DNA of 63,852 nt, counting the filler, from Octopus bimaculoides (Eukaryota): NCBI RefSeq assembly GCF_001194135.2. It is 5 parts of 5 records of this genome, joined end to end, with 100 filler letters (N's around TTAATTAATTAA, not from the genome) between each part and the next. Parts side by side here need not be neighbours in the genome. Positions count along the whole stretch, not along the records: positions 20,161 to 50,016 come from NC_069006.1; 4 more parts are not named here. The stretch is one strand, 5' to 3'. Made by a program: the position numbers and the translations under genes. Each line of letters begins with the position of its first letter. The first letter of the stretch is position 1. The notes below the pieces were generated by a model. That model searched no databases and was not told the origin of the DNA. It saw nothing but the letters and a program-made list of their open reading frames with translations. Of the stretch, positions 25,013-37,140 are shown piece after piece.

Positions 25013-26023
25013 GTTAAAAAAAAACAATAACAAAAAAACAACAAGGTGAGGACGTGATATGGATAGTATTATTGGACGCTCAGGAAAGGAAAGAGAGAGT
25101 GTATGACGTTTCGGGCGTAGCCCTTCGTCGGAAAGATGGAAAGTTCGGAGAATGGAAGGACGGAGAAAGAGGAAAATGGTACCGATGCCCACGAGGTTAC
25201 ATTATGATATACATACATACATACACTGGTCATGCGCGCCAGCATATGTGAGCATATATATAAAATACGTATATATATGTGTGTGGGGGTAAATATATAT
25301 ATATATATATATACACATACATACACACCTCTATTGTACCCCTTGATCGTGTGTTTCTGTGTGACTATATTCATGTATCAATTCTCTTCCGTCCCACCCA
25401 GGGTCGCTCTCTCTCCTCTCCTTTCCTTAAACTTTGTCTTGACTAGTAAAGTCCTTGCGTTTGTTGTGATTCGGCCCAAGAATAGCCCCTGTCCAACAGC
25501 CCTATGATTAAAAGCATTCCGACCGTGACCATCTCTTCTGTTTTCTTTTATCTGGTGTAGGACTGCATTATCGCATGTGTCCATATTTCCCCCGAAAATT
25601 TGGCTGCTGTTTCTAGTATATCGAGCGACTCCACACAGGCTCGCTTGTTGAAGGAAATTTTGTCGACAAAACCTGTGTATTCATCTGTCCATGATGTGTT
25701 TATTTACACAGCGTGTTTGTGTGTCCATGTTGTTTTTATTTACACACTGTGTTCAATAAATAGAAGTAAATTGGGTAATTTTGGATCAATATCATCGACT
25801 GACCCTTTTCAGGCTGGTATCCCTATCTGAAGCCAGTCAAAATATTCACCGCTTGTGTACTATTCCTTGTTTATATATATGTATTTATATATAACTTGTG
25901 TGTGTGTACACGAGTGAGTGGACAGACGAGACGAAGAGGCGCTCACCTTACATATCTTAATTAAAACAATTTGATTCAGCCCCCAGTTTCCGAGCGGGTT
26001 CAGAGATATATGTACATATAGAT

Positions 26024-26234
26024 TAGTGTTTCTCAACCATTTTTGTAAACCTGTGGACCTCTTTGATGCCCATTTTGCTCAGCTGCTCCACCAAATCCGA
26101 TTGTATTTCTAAAATTAAATATCATTAGGAATTGTAGAAAAAAATGGTTTTAATATTTTGTGTATTGTAAAAATATAACCAATTTATTGCACATCAATTT
26201 TAACAAGATCTATTTGGACCCTGGTTGACAACTG
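26024..26234 (+). mobile_element. hAT (Charlie-type) MITE
   Basis: Seen: starts TAGTGTTTCTCAACC and ends GGTTGACAACTG, an imperfect TIR pair about 210 bp apart. No clean 8-bp TSD. Confidence 0.55.
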
Positions 26235-26267
26235 TGTATGTATATGTATATATATATATAATCATCT

Positions 26268-27110
26268 TCATGCTGGCATGGGTTGGACGGTTTGTCTGGG
26301 GCTGGCATGCTGGAAGGCTGCACCAGACTCTAGTCTGGTTTGGCATGGTTTTCTACAGCTGGTTGCCCTTCTTAATGCCAACCACTCCGAGAGTGTAATG
26401 GGTTGTTTTACATGCCACCGGCATAGGTGCCATTTGCGTGAGACCGGGCTACGTTTACGTGCCACTGGCATGGGTGCCAATTTGCGTGACACTGGTATCT
26501 GTCACGACTGTGATTTTGCTCGGCTTGACGGGTCTTCTTCTCAAGCATGACATAATGTCAAAGGTGTTGGTCATTGCCTCCGTGAGGTCTCCAATATGTA
26601 CACTTCTATATTGCCTTGTGGATCTATTAACATTGCATTAGTTTTTCTGTGCTGACATGGTTTCATATTATAGGTTAATGGATTGACGGACTGAGTGTGG
26701 CTCTCCTTAACAACAATCACTTCACGGTGTACAGAGTGCCTTCTAGTGGTGGTAGCTTTACCCCCCCCCCTGCTTCAGTCGATTACTAACCTCTTAAATT
26801 GTGTGTGAGACCAGTGATGTTGGGATTGCTTTGTAAGTCGTGAAGCAAAAGCGAGTCCCCATCATGAATGGAACAGGTTTGTTATAGTGAGAGGACAGTA
26901 ATGGAGGTGAGAGTTTGAGGGAAGAATGATTGGATCAGAGGGGGTGGGGAAGTGACGGAGACACTGCTAAGGTTGTGGTGGGGGTAGGTTGAATAAGTGG
27001 ACCCAGTGATGAGCTAGATTAGTCCATCTCCATGCCAACCAATATTGATTGAATAGTTCGTCAGGGTCCAAGGCACTTCATATGGGAGTTATGCAGGTGT
27101 GTCTCTGAGT
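26268..27110 (-). mobile_element. CR1-like LINE 3' end with conserved tail (repeat family D)
   Basis: Seen: the minus strand has a degenerate ORF end, then a tail ...ACACTCTCGGAGTGGTTGGCATTAAGAAGGGCAACCAGCTGTAGAAA...GCCAGCATG(A/G)A(N)GATGA. The tail recurs at about 30760-30880(-), 40570-40650(-), 43780-43930(+), 45940-46140(+), 46250-46330(+), 46615-46690(-) and 48815-48950(+). The clade is inferred. Confidence 0.5.
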
Positions 27111-27111
27111 A

Positions 27112-27189
<78 letters not shown>

Positions 27190-27336
27190 CACACACACAC
27201 ACATACACACCTTTATATATAGTGTGTACAGATTTTATATATATAAATGCATACATATGTATATAAGTACATATTTATGAATATAAACGTATATATCTAA
27301 ACATATATATATATTCATATAAAGTGTTGATATTTG

Positions 27337-27370
<34 letters not shown>

Positions 27371-28729
27371 CACACAAACATACATGAATATGTATATCTT
27401 CACCATTTGCTTGTATAACAATGATTTCCCTTCCAAAGTATGTTTATTTTTCTTCAGCAACTGAATATCATTTATTTGGAATCAAAAACTTCCTTGCACA
27501 TTGAATTGAATTCTAAAAGTTTTGTAACTTTGTTGGAAAAACTGCATTATCACGCTTCATTACTTCTTGTTTGGTAGCTCGCTGAATTCTACCACTGGTG
27601 CTATTTCTAGTTGTTACCTCAAATTATCTTCCCCTTTTCTTAGTCACTGAATTTTGCCACCAGTGATATTTCTACCCAAAGATAATATCTGTTTTGAATG
27701 AAAACTATTGATCAAAACTTACCTCTTTTCTTTGCCTCTTGCAATTTATCCAATTTGTAAGACTGTTTTAAATAAATATTTCTTCACAGTGAACAAGAGC
27801 AAACATTCCTCTATAAACATTCAGAATTTTACAGAACCAATATTCATTTGTTCTTACAAATTTCTATCAATAACTTGAAATCTTTAATTTTTTTAAAGTA
27901 TCAGTGACGTAAATATTAGAGAAATATGTTTGGATGTTGATATTAAACAGGCCTCCATAATCTTTCCCTCAATTCTCAATGTGGCAAATCTAATAACTCT
28001 GTTCACTGACCTGGGGTTAGCTGCATAATTAAAACAAAAATTAACCTAGACTTAACTCAGTCACTAATGGTATGAAGCCAAACATTCTCCTCTCTTTTTG
28101 TTCTTTACTAGAGTGAAGGTAGCACAACAGCTGTGCTGATGATGATTACTGAAGCAGAAACACAGGTGCACAGCTGTCCTGTCAACAAACAGTAAAACTA
28201 TTTTCCTGAATGGCATTTCATTTCCAGAGAATGTTTCACTCAGATGTCACCTGGTGATTGCTTTACCTTCTCTGTTGGAGAAAATAATTTCAATAAATCA
28301 ATCATTTATCTTGTCTGGTATTCTCTAAGCAAAATACTGAGAAAGTGCACTCAATAAGTGGAATATTAAATTTAGTTTCAACAAAGAAAAATTATCAGTG
28401 ACTTTAACATTTTGTTGTTTGCTGGCCTTACAGATTGGAGGTAAGATCTCAGTAAACTAAAAGTTAACTGGCCATGAAGCTGGCCACTGATGATATTGCG
28501 AAGTCACTGTCAACTATATATATATATATATAAAGTATGTTTATGTCCATGTGTACAGAGATATTAGGCTCAAGAAATGTGCTGGAAAGGCAGACAAAAT
28601 TTGTGATATTTGATTTTGATTTCAAAACTCTCCAAGAATTGATTTCATCAACTATTTTCTCTGTCTCGATATGAAATGATGCAATCTGATATGAGGTGGA
28701 AAACTGGCAGAATTGTATTTGATCCATTT

Positions 28730-29045
28730 TTAGGTTCTGAGTTCAAATTCTGCCAAGGTCGACTTTGTGTTTCATCCTTTCAGCTGGGTACTAGGGTCAG
28801 GGCAGTCAACAGTGCCCATCCCTCAAAATTTCAGCCTTTGTTCCTATAATAGAAAGGGTTAATATTATGAAGGTAGCAAACAGGTAGAACTGTTGTTGTG
28901 TGGGGACAAAATGCTTAACAATATTTCTTTCAACTTCTTCTGACTTTTCTAGGTTGATAAAATAAGTACCAGTTAAGTACTGGGGTCAATGCAGTTGATT
29001 TAACCCCAACCCCACAAAATGTCAGGCCTAGACTAGAAAGGATTG
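28730..29045 (+). mobile_element. Two adjacent SINE-A partial copies
   Basis: Seen: GTTCTGAGTTCAAATTCTGCCAAGGTCGACTTTG at ~28735, and a second head/tail at 28872-29045. Confidence 0.7.
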
Positions 29046-30149
29046 GTGATAAAGTCATTAGTTCCTACCTGCCCAAGATATATTTCCATGTCAGAACTTA
29101 GGATAAGATCCCAGGGGGTTAAAAGAGCACACCTTCTTCCTTTGATGAAGGCCCTCACATCTCTTTTACTGTTTTCTTTAAATATAAAACTTTTTAACTA
29201 AGTAACGAAAACAAAAAAAAAAAACAATAAACATGATCTGATTTTTATAATTACTAATTTATCTGTTCAAGTTCAAAATGGCCCTTAAAGGCTTCAGCCA
29301 ACCTTTGGATCAAAAGCATTCTAACCCTGACTGTTTTGTCCTCTTATGTCCCTAAAACTGTCTTGGTCTTTTTTTTCTTGTGGTGCAATTTCAAGGAAAT
29401 TTGACTGCTTTTTCCAGAAAAGTCGAGTGACCATGTAAGGGCTACTTCCTTGGTTCATCAATGCAATTACTGTTGATGCTGTTGGTCATTCCTGGTTTAT
29501 GATCTTAAGTGTTCCAGCCAAGCCCATCATGTCTGAAGAATATGTGCAGGACTATTAGTCATCAATGTCCTTCTCTTTCCAAATACAGTAAAGTATGTGA
29601 CTCGAGGGGAGATTTAACTGCTCTTTCTAGCAGGCTGATGAAACTGTACACTTAATTAATAAGTGGGGAGAGGGGTGGCCTAGTAGTAGTAGCAGCAGCA
29701 GCAGCAGCAGCTATAGTAGTAGTAATATTAATACTAGTAGCAGCACAAGCAGTAGTAATGCTAGTAGTACCAGCAGCAGTTACAACAGTTGCAGTAGTGG
29801 TGGTAGTAGTAGTAGTAACCTTGAAAAAAGCCAAACTGTAACAACAGACAGAAATCCGTCTGTTATTTTCAATGTCAAAGTGCAGCTGTTCCTCTTATCA
29901 CTGAAGCTAATGTGTGTCTGTGTGTCTCTTTTATGGAAAAGGAAACTCTCTCCACTTTCTTCCTTCTCCTAGATTCTTTCCTCTCTCTCTGTCGCTTATG
30001 GAAGCAGAATCTCTCCATGATACAGCTTTCTTTACCTCTTCCTATTTATATATACGTGTGTGTGTGTTGTGTTATTCCTCTTGGTTCCATTTATGTCTTA
30101 TAAACTTGCTCTTCTGGAACTGGACTCACAAAGCTTTCTCCATCAACTA

Positions 30150-30278
30150 TGTGCATAAGGCACAGCTTGCTTCTCAGCCCCTTGCTTCTGGGTTCAGTTT
30201 CACTGCATAGTACCTTAGGCAAGGGCTGACCGAAACCTTGTGAATAGATTTGGTGTATGGAAACTGAAAAAAGCCCAT

Positions 30279-30335
<57 letters not shown>

Positions 30336-30550
30336 ACACACGTGTGTGTGTGTTTGGGTTTGTCTCCTACCACTGCATTTCAACTGGTGTTGGTGTGTTT
30401 ATGTCCATGTAACTTAGCAATTCAGTTAAAGAGACCAATAGAATAAGTACCAGGCTTAAAAAAAAAGTCCTGGAGTTGATTCATTCGATCAGAAATTCTT
30501 CAAGGTGGTGCTCCAGTATGGCCACTGTCTAACGAATGAATCAAGTAAAA
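30150..30550 (+). mobile_element. SINE-B diverged copy with internal (TATC)n
   Basis: Seen: GGGTTCAGTTTCACTGC..CCTTAGGCAAG...GGAAACTGAAA, then (TATC)n, then the 3' half GGTGCTCCAGTATGGCC. Confidence 0.75.
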
Positions 30551-31496
30551 GGTATGTGTTTGTATATGGATACATGTGTATATGTATGTACTTATTTAAC
30601 CTGTAAAAACATACAATATAAGTATGGATGCACATAAGTGTATATATATATATGTGTATGGATGCACATAAGTGTATATATATATATATATATATGTGTG
30701 TATGGATGCACATAAGTATATATATATGTGTGTATGCCCATAAGTGTAAATACATATGTTTATGTGCACATATTATAATCATCCTTTCTATGTCCTCCTC
30801 ATTTTGCTTGCATGGGTCAGATGAAAGTTGTTGAAGCAGATATTCTATGGGGCCTGATACCCTTCCAGTTGCCAACTATCACCTGTTTCTAATTAAGGTA
30901 AATATTTCCCCTAATCCGTCAAATATGAACATGTTTTCATGCAAGATTGCTAACAAACCATACCACATGTGTATGACTATTATTACTTTCTTATCACTCA
31001 GTATTGGCAGCTGAGTCCATCCGGCTTTAAAGGGTGTTGTTCCTCTCTGCTTAATATCTTTGGCAGAAGAGATTGTGTAGTGGATGAAATTGAAAGAATT
31101 AACAATAGGCACCTCCTACTTGTTGGGAGAAGCCCTTATCACCTTCTTTTAAGTTCCTCTTTGAAAGGAAAGTTAGGGTGAAGAAAGAGTTGCTCTCTTT
31201 CCCAGTGAATTTATGGTTAGGTCGAATGAACCTACTCTAAGAATGTAGATTGGAGAACAACAGTTCTCTTGTCTACAGGTGAGGGCATGTGCACTTGTGG
31301 TCTGGGTGGGGGGTTGTCCTGAATCTTGATTTGCCCTAGTTGCAAGAGGATTGCATCATAGATATGCTCACATTTTTTGCATATTATGAATACCTTTTTC
31401 TCATCTTTGTCTCCCTTATCTTTTTTAGTACCCCCCCCCCCTTACACAAATTCTATATTGTCCTTGTGTATATTATTACAGGCTGTGTGAGAGCTA

Positions 31497-31805
31497 AGTA
31501 GAATTGTTACAATGCCAGACTAGATGCTTAGCATCATTTTGCCAGTCTTAATGTTCTGAGTTCGAATACCCCCAAGGTCGACTTTGCCTTCATCCTTTTG
31601 GGGTCAATGAAATGCGAACCAGTCAAGCTCTGGGGTCGATGTAATCGTCTATACCCCTCCCATCAAAACTTAAGGCCTTGTGCCTATAGTAGAAAGGATT
31701 ATTATTGTTATTATTACATTCTGAGTTCAAATCTTGCCATGGTCAACTTTGCTGTTCATCTGTTCAACATCAAGAATATACAATACCAGTCGAATACTCG
31801 TGGGG
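31497..31805 (+). mobile_element. Two adjacent SINE-A copies, second cut by a gap
   Basis: Seen: GTTCTGAGTTCGAATACCCCCAAGGTCGACTTTGCC (31553) and TTCTGAGTTCAAATCTTGCC (31719). Confidence 0.75.
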
Positions 31806-34689
31806 GNNNNNNNNNNNNNNNNNNNNNNNNNNNNNNNNNNNNNNNNNNNNNNNNNNNNNNNNNNNNNNNNNNNNNNNNNNNNNNNNNNNNNNNNNNNNNN
31901 NNNNNNNNNNNNNNNNNNNNNNNNNNNNNNNNNNNNNNNNNNNNNNNNNNNNNNNNNNNNNNNNNNNNNNNNNNNNNNNNNNNNNNNNNNNNNNNNNNNN
32001 NNNNNNNNNNNNNNNNNNNNNNNNNNNNNNNNNNNNNNNNNNNNNNNNNNNNNNNNNNNNNNNNNNNNNNNNNNNNNNNNNNNNNNNNNNNNNNNNNNNN
32101 NNNNNNNNNNNNNNNNNNNNNNNNNNNNNNNNNNNNNNNNNNNNNNNNNNNNNNNNNNNNNNNNNNNNNNNNNNNNNNNNNNNNNNNNNNNNNNNNNNNN
32201 NNNNNNNNNNNNNNNNNNNNNNNNNNNNNNNNNNNNNNNNNNNNNNNNNNNNNNNNNNNNNNNNNNNNNNNNNNNNNNNNNNNNNNNNNNNNNNNNNNNN
32301 NNNNNNNNNNNNNNNNNNNNNNNNNNNNNNNNNNNNNNNNNNNNNNNNNNNNNNNNNNNNNNNNNNNNNNNNNNNNNNNNNNNNNNNNNNNNNNNNNNNN
32401 NNNNNNNNNNNNNNNNNNNNNNNNNNNNNNNNNNNNNNNNNNNNNNNNNNNNNNNNNNNNNNNNNNNNNNNNNNNNNNNNNNNNNNNNNNNNNNNNNNNN
32501 NNNNNNNNNNNNNNNNNNNNNNNNNNNNNNNNNNNNNNNNNNNNNNNNNNNNNNNNNNNNNNNNNNNNNNNNNNNNNNNNNNNNNNNNNNNNNNNNNNNN
32601 NNNNNNNNNNNNNNNNNNNNNNNNNNNNNNNNNNNNNNNNNNNNNNNNNNNNNNNNNNNNNNNNNNNNNNNNNNNNNNNNNNNNNNNNNNNNNNNNNNNN
32701 NNNNNNNNNNNNNNNNNNNNNNCTAAAGTTTTTTGCTGAACCGCTAAGTTATGTGGACATAAACACACCAACACTGGTTGTCAAGCGCTGGTGACACACG
32801 CGACGGGCTTCTTTCGTTTTTCTTCTACCAAATCCACTCGGCCAAGACTGAACCTGGAACCACGTGGTTGGTGATCAAAGGTTTGTATAAAAATATTGCT
32901 AAAATAGCTGCCAGTTAACTTCTCGAATATTTTCGATCACCGACATATTCTTTCTAACCGGAACAAAAACCCTTTTCTCCTCCTCCTCCTCCTCCTCCTT
33001 TAGAAAGGACTCCCCCCCCCCAATGCTTGGCGTCCTTCGTGTTTTGCTGCTTCACTTTTTTCTTTGTTTCGTTTCCTTTGTCTTTTCAGTCTTTACTTTT
33101 TTCTTCTCCTTCTTCTTCACCTCCTCCTCCGCCGTCTCTTTACCTGCTTCATATCCCTCCTCCCGACCTCACGAAATTTTTACTACTAACTGGTGGTTGT
33201 TGTAATTAATGTTGTTATTTGGTTGGAGGTTGTCGTCGATTCAACAGACTAGATCGATCACATTCCCCAACCGTGACCATCTCGTCTTTTTCGAGTATAT
33301 CTAGGACTACATTCTAATGCTTATTTCCTGTGGTTTGAGGGAGATTTGGTTGTTTCTTTTAACAGATCGAGCGGCTGTGATGATGGTGATTAAAAGTTGT
33401 GTGTAAACACACACACATGTATCTACAGATATATTCAAATACGTTATTTGTTGTTTTGTGTCTCCGACGATCAATAATTTTCTTTTGTTTTCCCCCCACA
33501 TTCCCCCCCCCCCATTTCTCTCACTCTCTCTCCTTTCCTCTCTCTCTCTCTTCTCCTCACACTAACACCATCTTCCCCTTACTCCTACTTTGTCATCGTC
33601 GCTCCTGGCTGACTGGACGTCTCACACTCAATCTGGCTGGCTGGTTTGTATTTGGCGTCGGATTAAGAAGAAATAATCCGGGAACTTATATCTGGCTTAA
33701 CATTACATCCTTTCGCACCTTCTATCCCCACCGTCTTCCTTTCTCAGTATATCTTTATATAGTCCGTGTGTGTTGTTTGTGTTTCTCTCTGAATTCCTTG
33801 CCCCACCTCTTTCTTCGTATCCGCCTTCCACTTTCCAGAAATCTTAATGCTAAGAATAGTCAGTGCTAGGCAGTTGTCAAACCACCACCTCCACAATGGC
33901 TATTATTGGTAGCATTAGGTATTGTCTTATAAAACACAAAACAAAACAGAAAAATAGGTGACATCAAACAACGCAGTATTTAGTATGAAGTGGTAGTCAT
34001 TTCGCCCCAGGTCAGCGCTGATTGAACACATCTAGGATCAAAGGGATTTAGCTGTGATCAATGGTGTTCTCCTGGCCTTGCCATTTAATGGAGGAGAGAT
34101 TACGCTACTATTTCTAGCAGTTTAAGTGACCTCATAAAGGTGATTGGTGAAGGTTTTTACCACAACCCCACATTTGGTATGTAGTGTAGTTAATGGGACG
34201 GTTAGCAGCAGTTAGACAGACAAAGATTTCAAAGCCTGTAAACTGTTGAGGAGCCTCTTCACAACTAATTCTCTTTCTCTTCCCTTCACACAAATATTTC
34301 TCTCTCTCTCAACATTCCTCGAACGTATGTACCCTTAGTTGTAGTCGCTCAAGCAAAATCAAGAGTTATGCAGTGACAGAGCTGTTCTCTTTTAGTTATA
34401 CATAAAACCCTGCCTACCTTCCATCTATCATACTCCCCCCCCATTTCAGTAGTTGTTTACACACACACACACACACATACATTGACAAGTGCCAATGCAT
34501 GGAACTCTTGCGCCTTGAGTCCCTCTGTTACTTGTACTAAATATTGATAAACATGTATATATATATATACTACTTTGTAGGTATAGGAGTGGCTGTGTGG
34601 CAAGTAGCTTGCTTACGAACCACATGGTTCCGGGTTCAGTCCCACTGCGTGGCACCTTGGGCAAGTGTCTTCTACTATATGCACTCTGC

Positions 34690-35370
34690 ATCTAATTCCT
34701 CTTATGTCCAACTTTTATCTCAATACACCAGCGCTCTGTCACACATGTACACTGGATATTGCACATCTAGTAGAGCTCTCTAGCCTTCCCATGTCATCTG
34801 CATTCAGGGCCCACATCTCACTACCCTTTCTGTCATCCTCCCGCACTAGGTATTGGAGATTGTCCAGTACCCCTGGGCCATTCAAGAAAATTGATTTTCT
34901 GAGTATCTATAGGTTTTATGGTTCCTATGCATCTTCCACGTACAGTCACTTTCTTTGATAACCTCCCAGTTATTCCACTGCATCTCTTCTGTGTCCATAG
35001 CTTGCATTGGGAACACCATATAGAATTTCTGCCTGCCTACACCTTTTCCACATATTCAGTAGGACCATTTGCTTGATCGTGGAAGGGTCCTGTCTGTTTT
35101 CTTGCGTATTAGAACCTTAGTCTTTGCTAAGTTAATCTTAAGGCCCTTTGATTCGAGATTTTGCTTCCACACCTGGAATTGTTTTTCTAGTTCTGTTACA
35201 GAACCTGCTATAAGAAACAAGATCATCTGCATATAATAGTTCTCAAGGGCAACCTGTCTTGAACTCCTCTGCTATGGCCTGGAGGGTGATGATGATGAAT
35301 AGGAGGGACTGAGAACTGGACCCTGATAAACGCCTTGAATTATTTCTCTCAGTTCATTTTTAAATTCTGT
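34690..35370 (-). mobile_element. RTE-clade LINE reverse transcriptase fragment
   Basis: Seen on the minus strand: GVYQG.VLSP, EEFKTGCP.ELLYADD (35222-35239), ELEKQFQVWKQNLESKGLKINLAKTKVL, a Cys-rich segment, and GSEMWALNADDMGRLE. Stops and frameshifts are present. Confidence 0.85.
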
Positions 35371-35685
35371 GAATTACTTTCTACTGTTTTAGGTCTAAGT
35401 TGCTTGGTTGCTGGAGGTAAAGTTGATGATGGCTATTGAACCAGAAACGTGTCTCTATGCTTGAGCCTTTCTCTCCAGACAATAAGCCAGTCCTTCTCCT
35501 TAATGGCATGTCAACTCTGAAGAATTCTTGACGCTTGAGATTCTCTCCTCTTCTCAACTGGAGTTGGTTTTAGTTGCCATTTGGTAATTATGACAGAGGG
35601 AGATTATTTAAAGAAATCAAGAATCCATGTTGTATGGTATTTGATATTACTGGTATTTATCTCTATTTATATCTACTTGTGTGTC

Positions 35686-35751
<66 letters not shown>

Positions 35752-35754
<3 letters not shown>

Positions 35755-36048
35755 CACGTGAACTCATGATTGACCAGACTATTGGATGTTGTTATACATT
35801 GCTGATCACAGTGCACTTTTGTATCGTTTTAGCTTTCAAATGATGCCCCCCTGCTGGTGAAGTGAGCAGGCCAGTATTCCCCCTAATAGGAAAGTTGGTC
35901 CATTGCAGGGTCACCCATTTACAGCTAAGTGAACTGGAGCAACGTGAAATGAAGTGTTTTGCTCAAGAACACAACACGCTGCCTGGTATGGGAATCGAAC
36001 ATATGATCTAGAGATCATGAGTGCAATACTCTAACCACTGGGCCATGT
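35752..36048 (-). mobile_element. SINE-C copy
   Basis: Seen: TGGCCCAGTGGTTAGAGT..GTTCGATTCCC head on the minus strand; body and ATCACGTGA end shared with 20683-21042. Confidence 0.75.
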
Positions 36049-36346
36049 ACTTTCGCACACACATGTATATATATATATATATAATACAAAGAATATATAT
36101 ACATGTATACACACATATATGTACATACTTACATCTACATGTGTATATACATGCATATCAGGGTACAGGACGTTAGAACAATAAACCTCAGACAACGGAA
36201 CGAACACATAGGAAGACATATATATATATATATATATATAATATAAATGATTGGCTGGAATGTGGTATTTTGTTATGCAACCATAATATACTATAAAGTA
36301 TATTAAATGTTTTTATAAGTCAATACCATGTTCTACTTAAGAAATA

Positions 36347-36383
<37 letters not shown>

Positions 36384-36385
<2 letters not shown>

Positions 36386-36605
36386 GGCATTGAGCTGGCA
36401 AAATCGTTAGCACACCAGGCAAGATACTTAGTGGGATTTCATCCATTTTTACATCCTGAGTTAAAACTCTGTCGATGTCAACTTTGCCTTTCATCCTTTC
36501 AGGGTTGATAAAATAGGTACCAGTTACATACTGGGGTTGCTATAATCAACTAGCCCCCTCTCCCAAAATTTCAGGCCTTGTGCCTAGAGTAGAAAGGGTT
36601 ATTAG
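36384..36605 (+). mobile_element. SINE-A copy
   Basis: Seen: AAGGCATTGAGCTGGCAAAATCGTTAGCAC...CAAAATTTCAGGCCTTGTGCCTAGAGTAGAAAGG. Confidence 0.8.
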
Positions 36606-36639
36606 TATTATTAGCTACAGTATTGGATTTTTACTTTGG

Positions 36640-37140
36640 ATGGACATGGTAAGATCTTCAGCACTATGCAATGGCATCCAGTCTGATGATTGTATAACTT
36701 TCAGTCCCAAAGTTCGATGCTAGACCATCCAGAATCTTCCCTATATAGATTACTGCATACCTTTTGTATCTTCTGTCCAGGAATTAGAACCTCATCTCTT
36801 TTAGTGGTATTAGATTGCTCCCAGTCCTGTTTTTAGTTTGACACATTGTAGCAACCCTAATTGAGAGCATTTGTCCCCGGAACTGAGAACAAATTTGCTC
36901 CCTCAAAGCAGCATGGTTGCCTTTCGTCATGTTCTGAAGGATCTCAGAATCCAACGAGTCGATCGTCTGGACAGTGTTGTCATCTTAATAATACACTCAT
37001 GGAATTACTTAGACTCTGGGATTGCAGTGTCTCTTGGTCCTGCATTTTCTGATTGTAGTCTGTTTGTGGACTGAAAGCTGAGTTTAGTGTCCAATGAAGG
37101 AAAGGTACGCATAAGTGGGCTGGCTACACCCCTGGCAAAC
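36640..37140 (-). mobile_element. CR1/L2-like LINE C-terminal fragment
   Basis: Seen on the minus strand: degenerate ...LKE.RF...RR.KRYAVIYIGKILDGLASNFG, matching the 'LYSLERRRERYxxIYxWKIL.G' region of CR1-group ORF2. Confidence 0.55.

Noticed and set aside
28112-28253. Additional acceptor-like sites (TTACTAG at ~28111, TTTCCAG at ~28227) as exon starts
   Set aside because: The downstream donors (GTAGCA, GTGCAC, GTGATT) are weak and not distinguishable from background.
35424-35460. TTGATGA-TGG..CCA-GAAACGTGTC on the + strand
   Set aside because: C3 is missing and there is no helix I. It lies beside an antisense LINE fragment and is likely coincidental.
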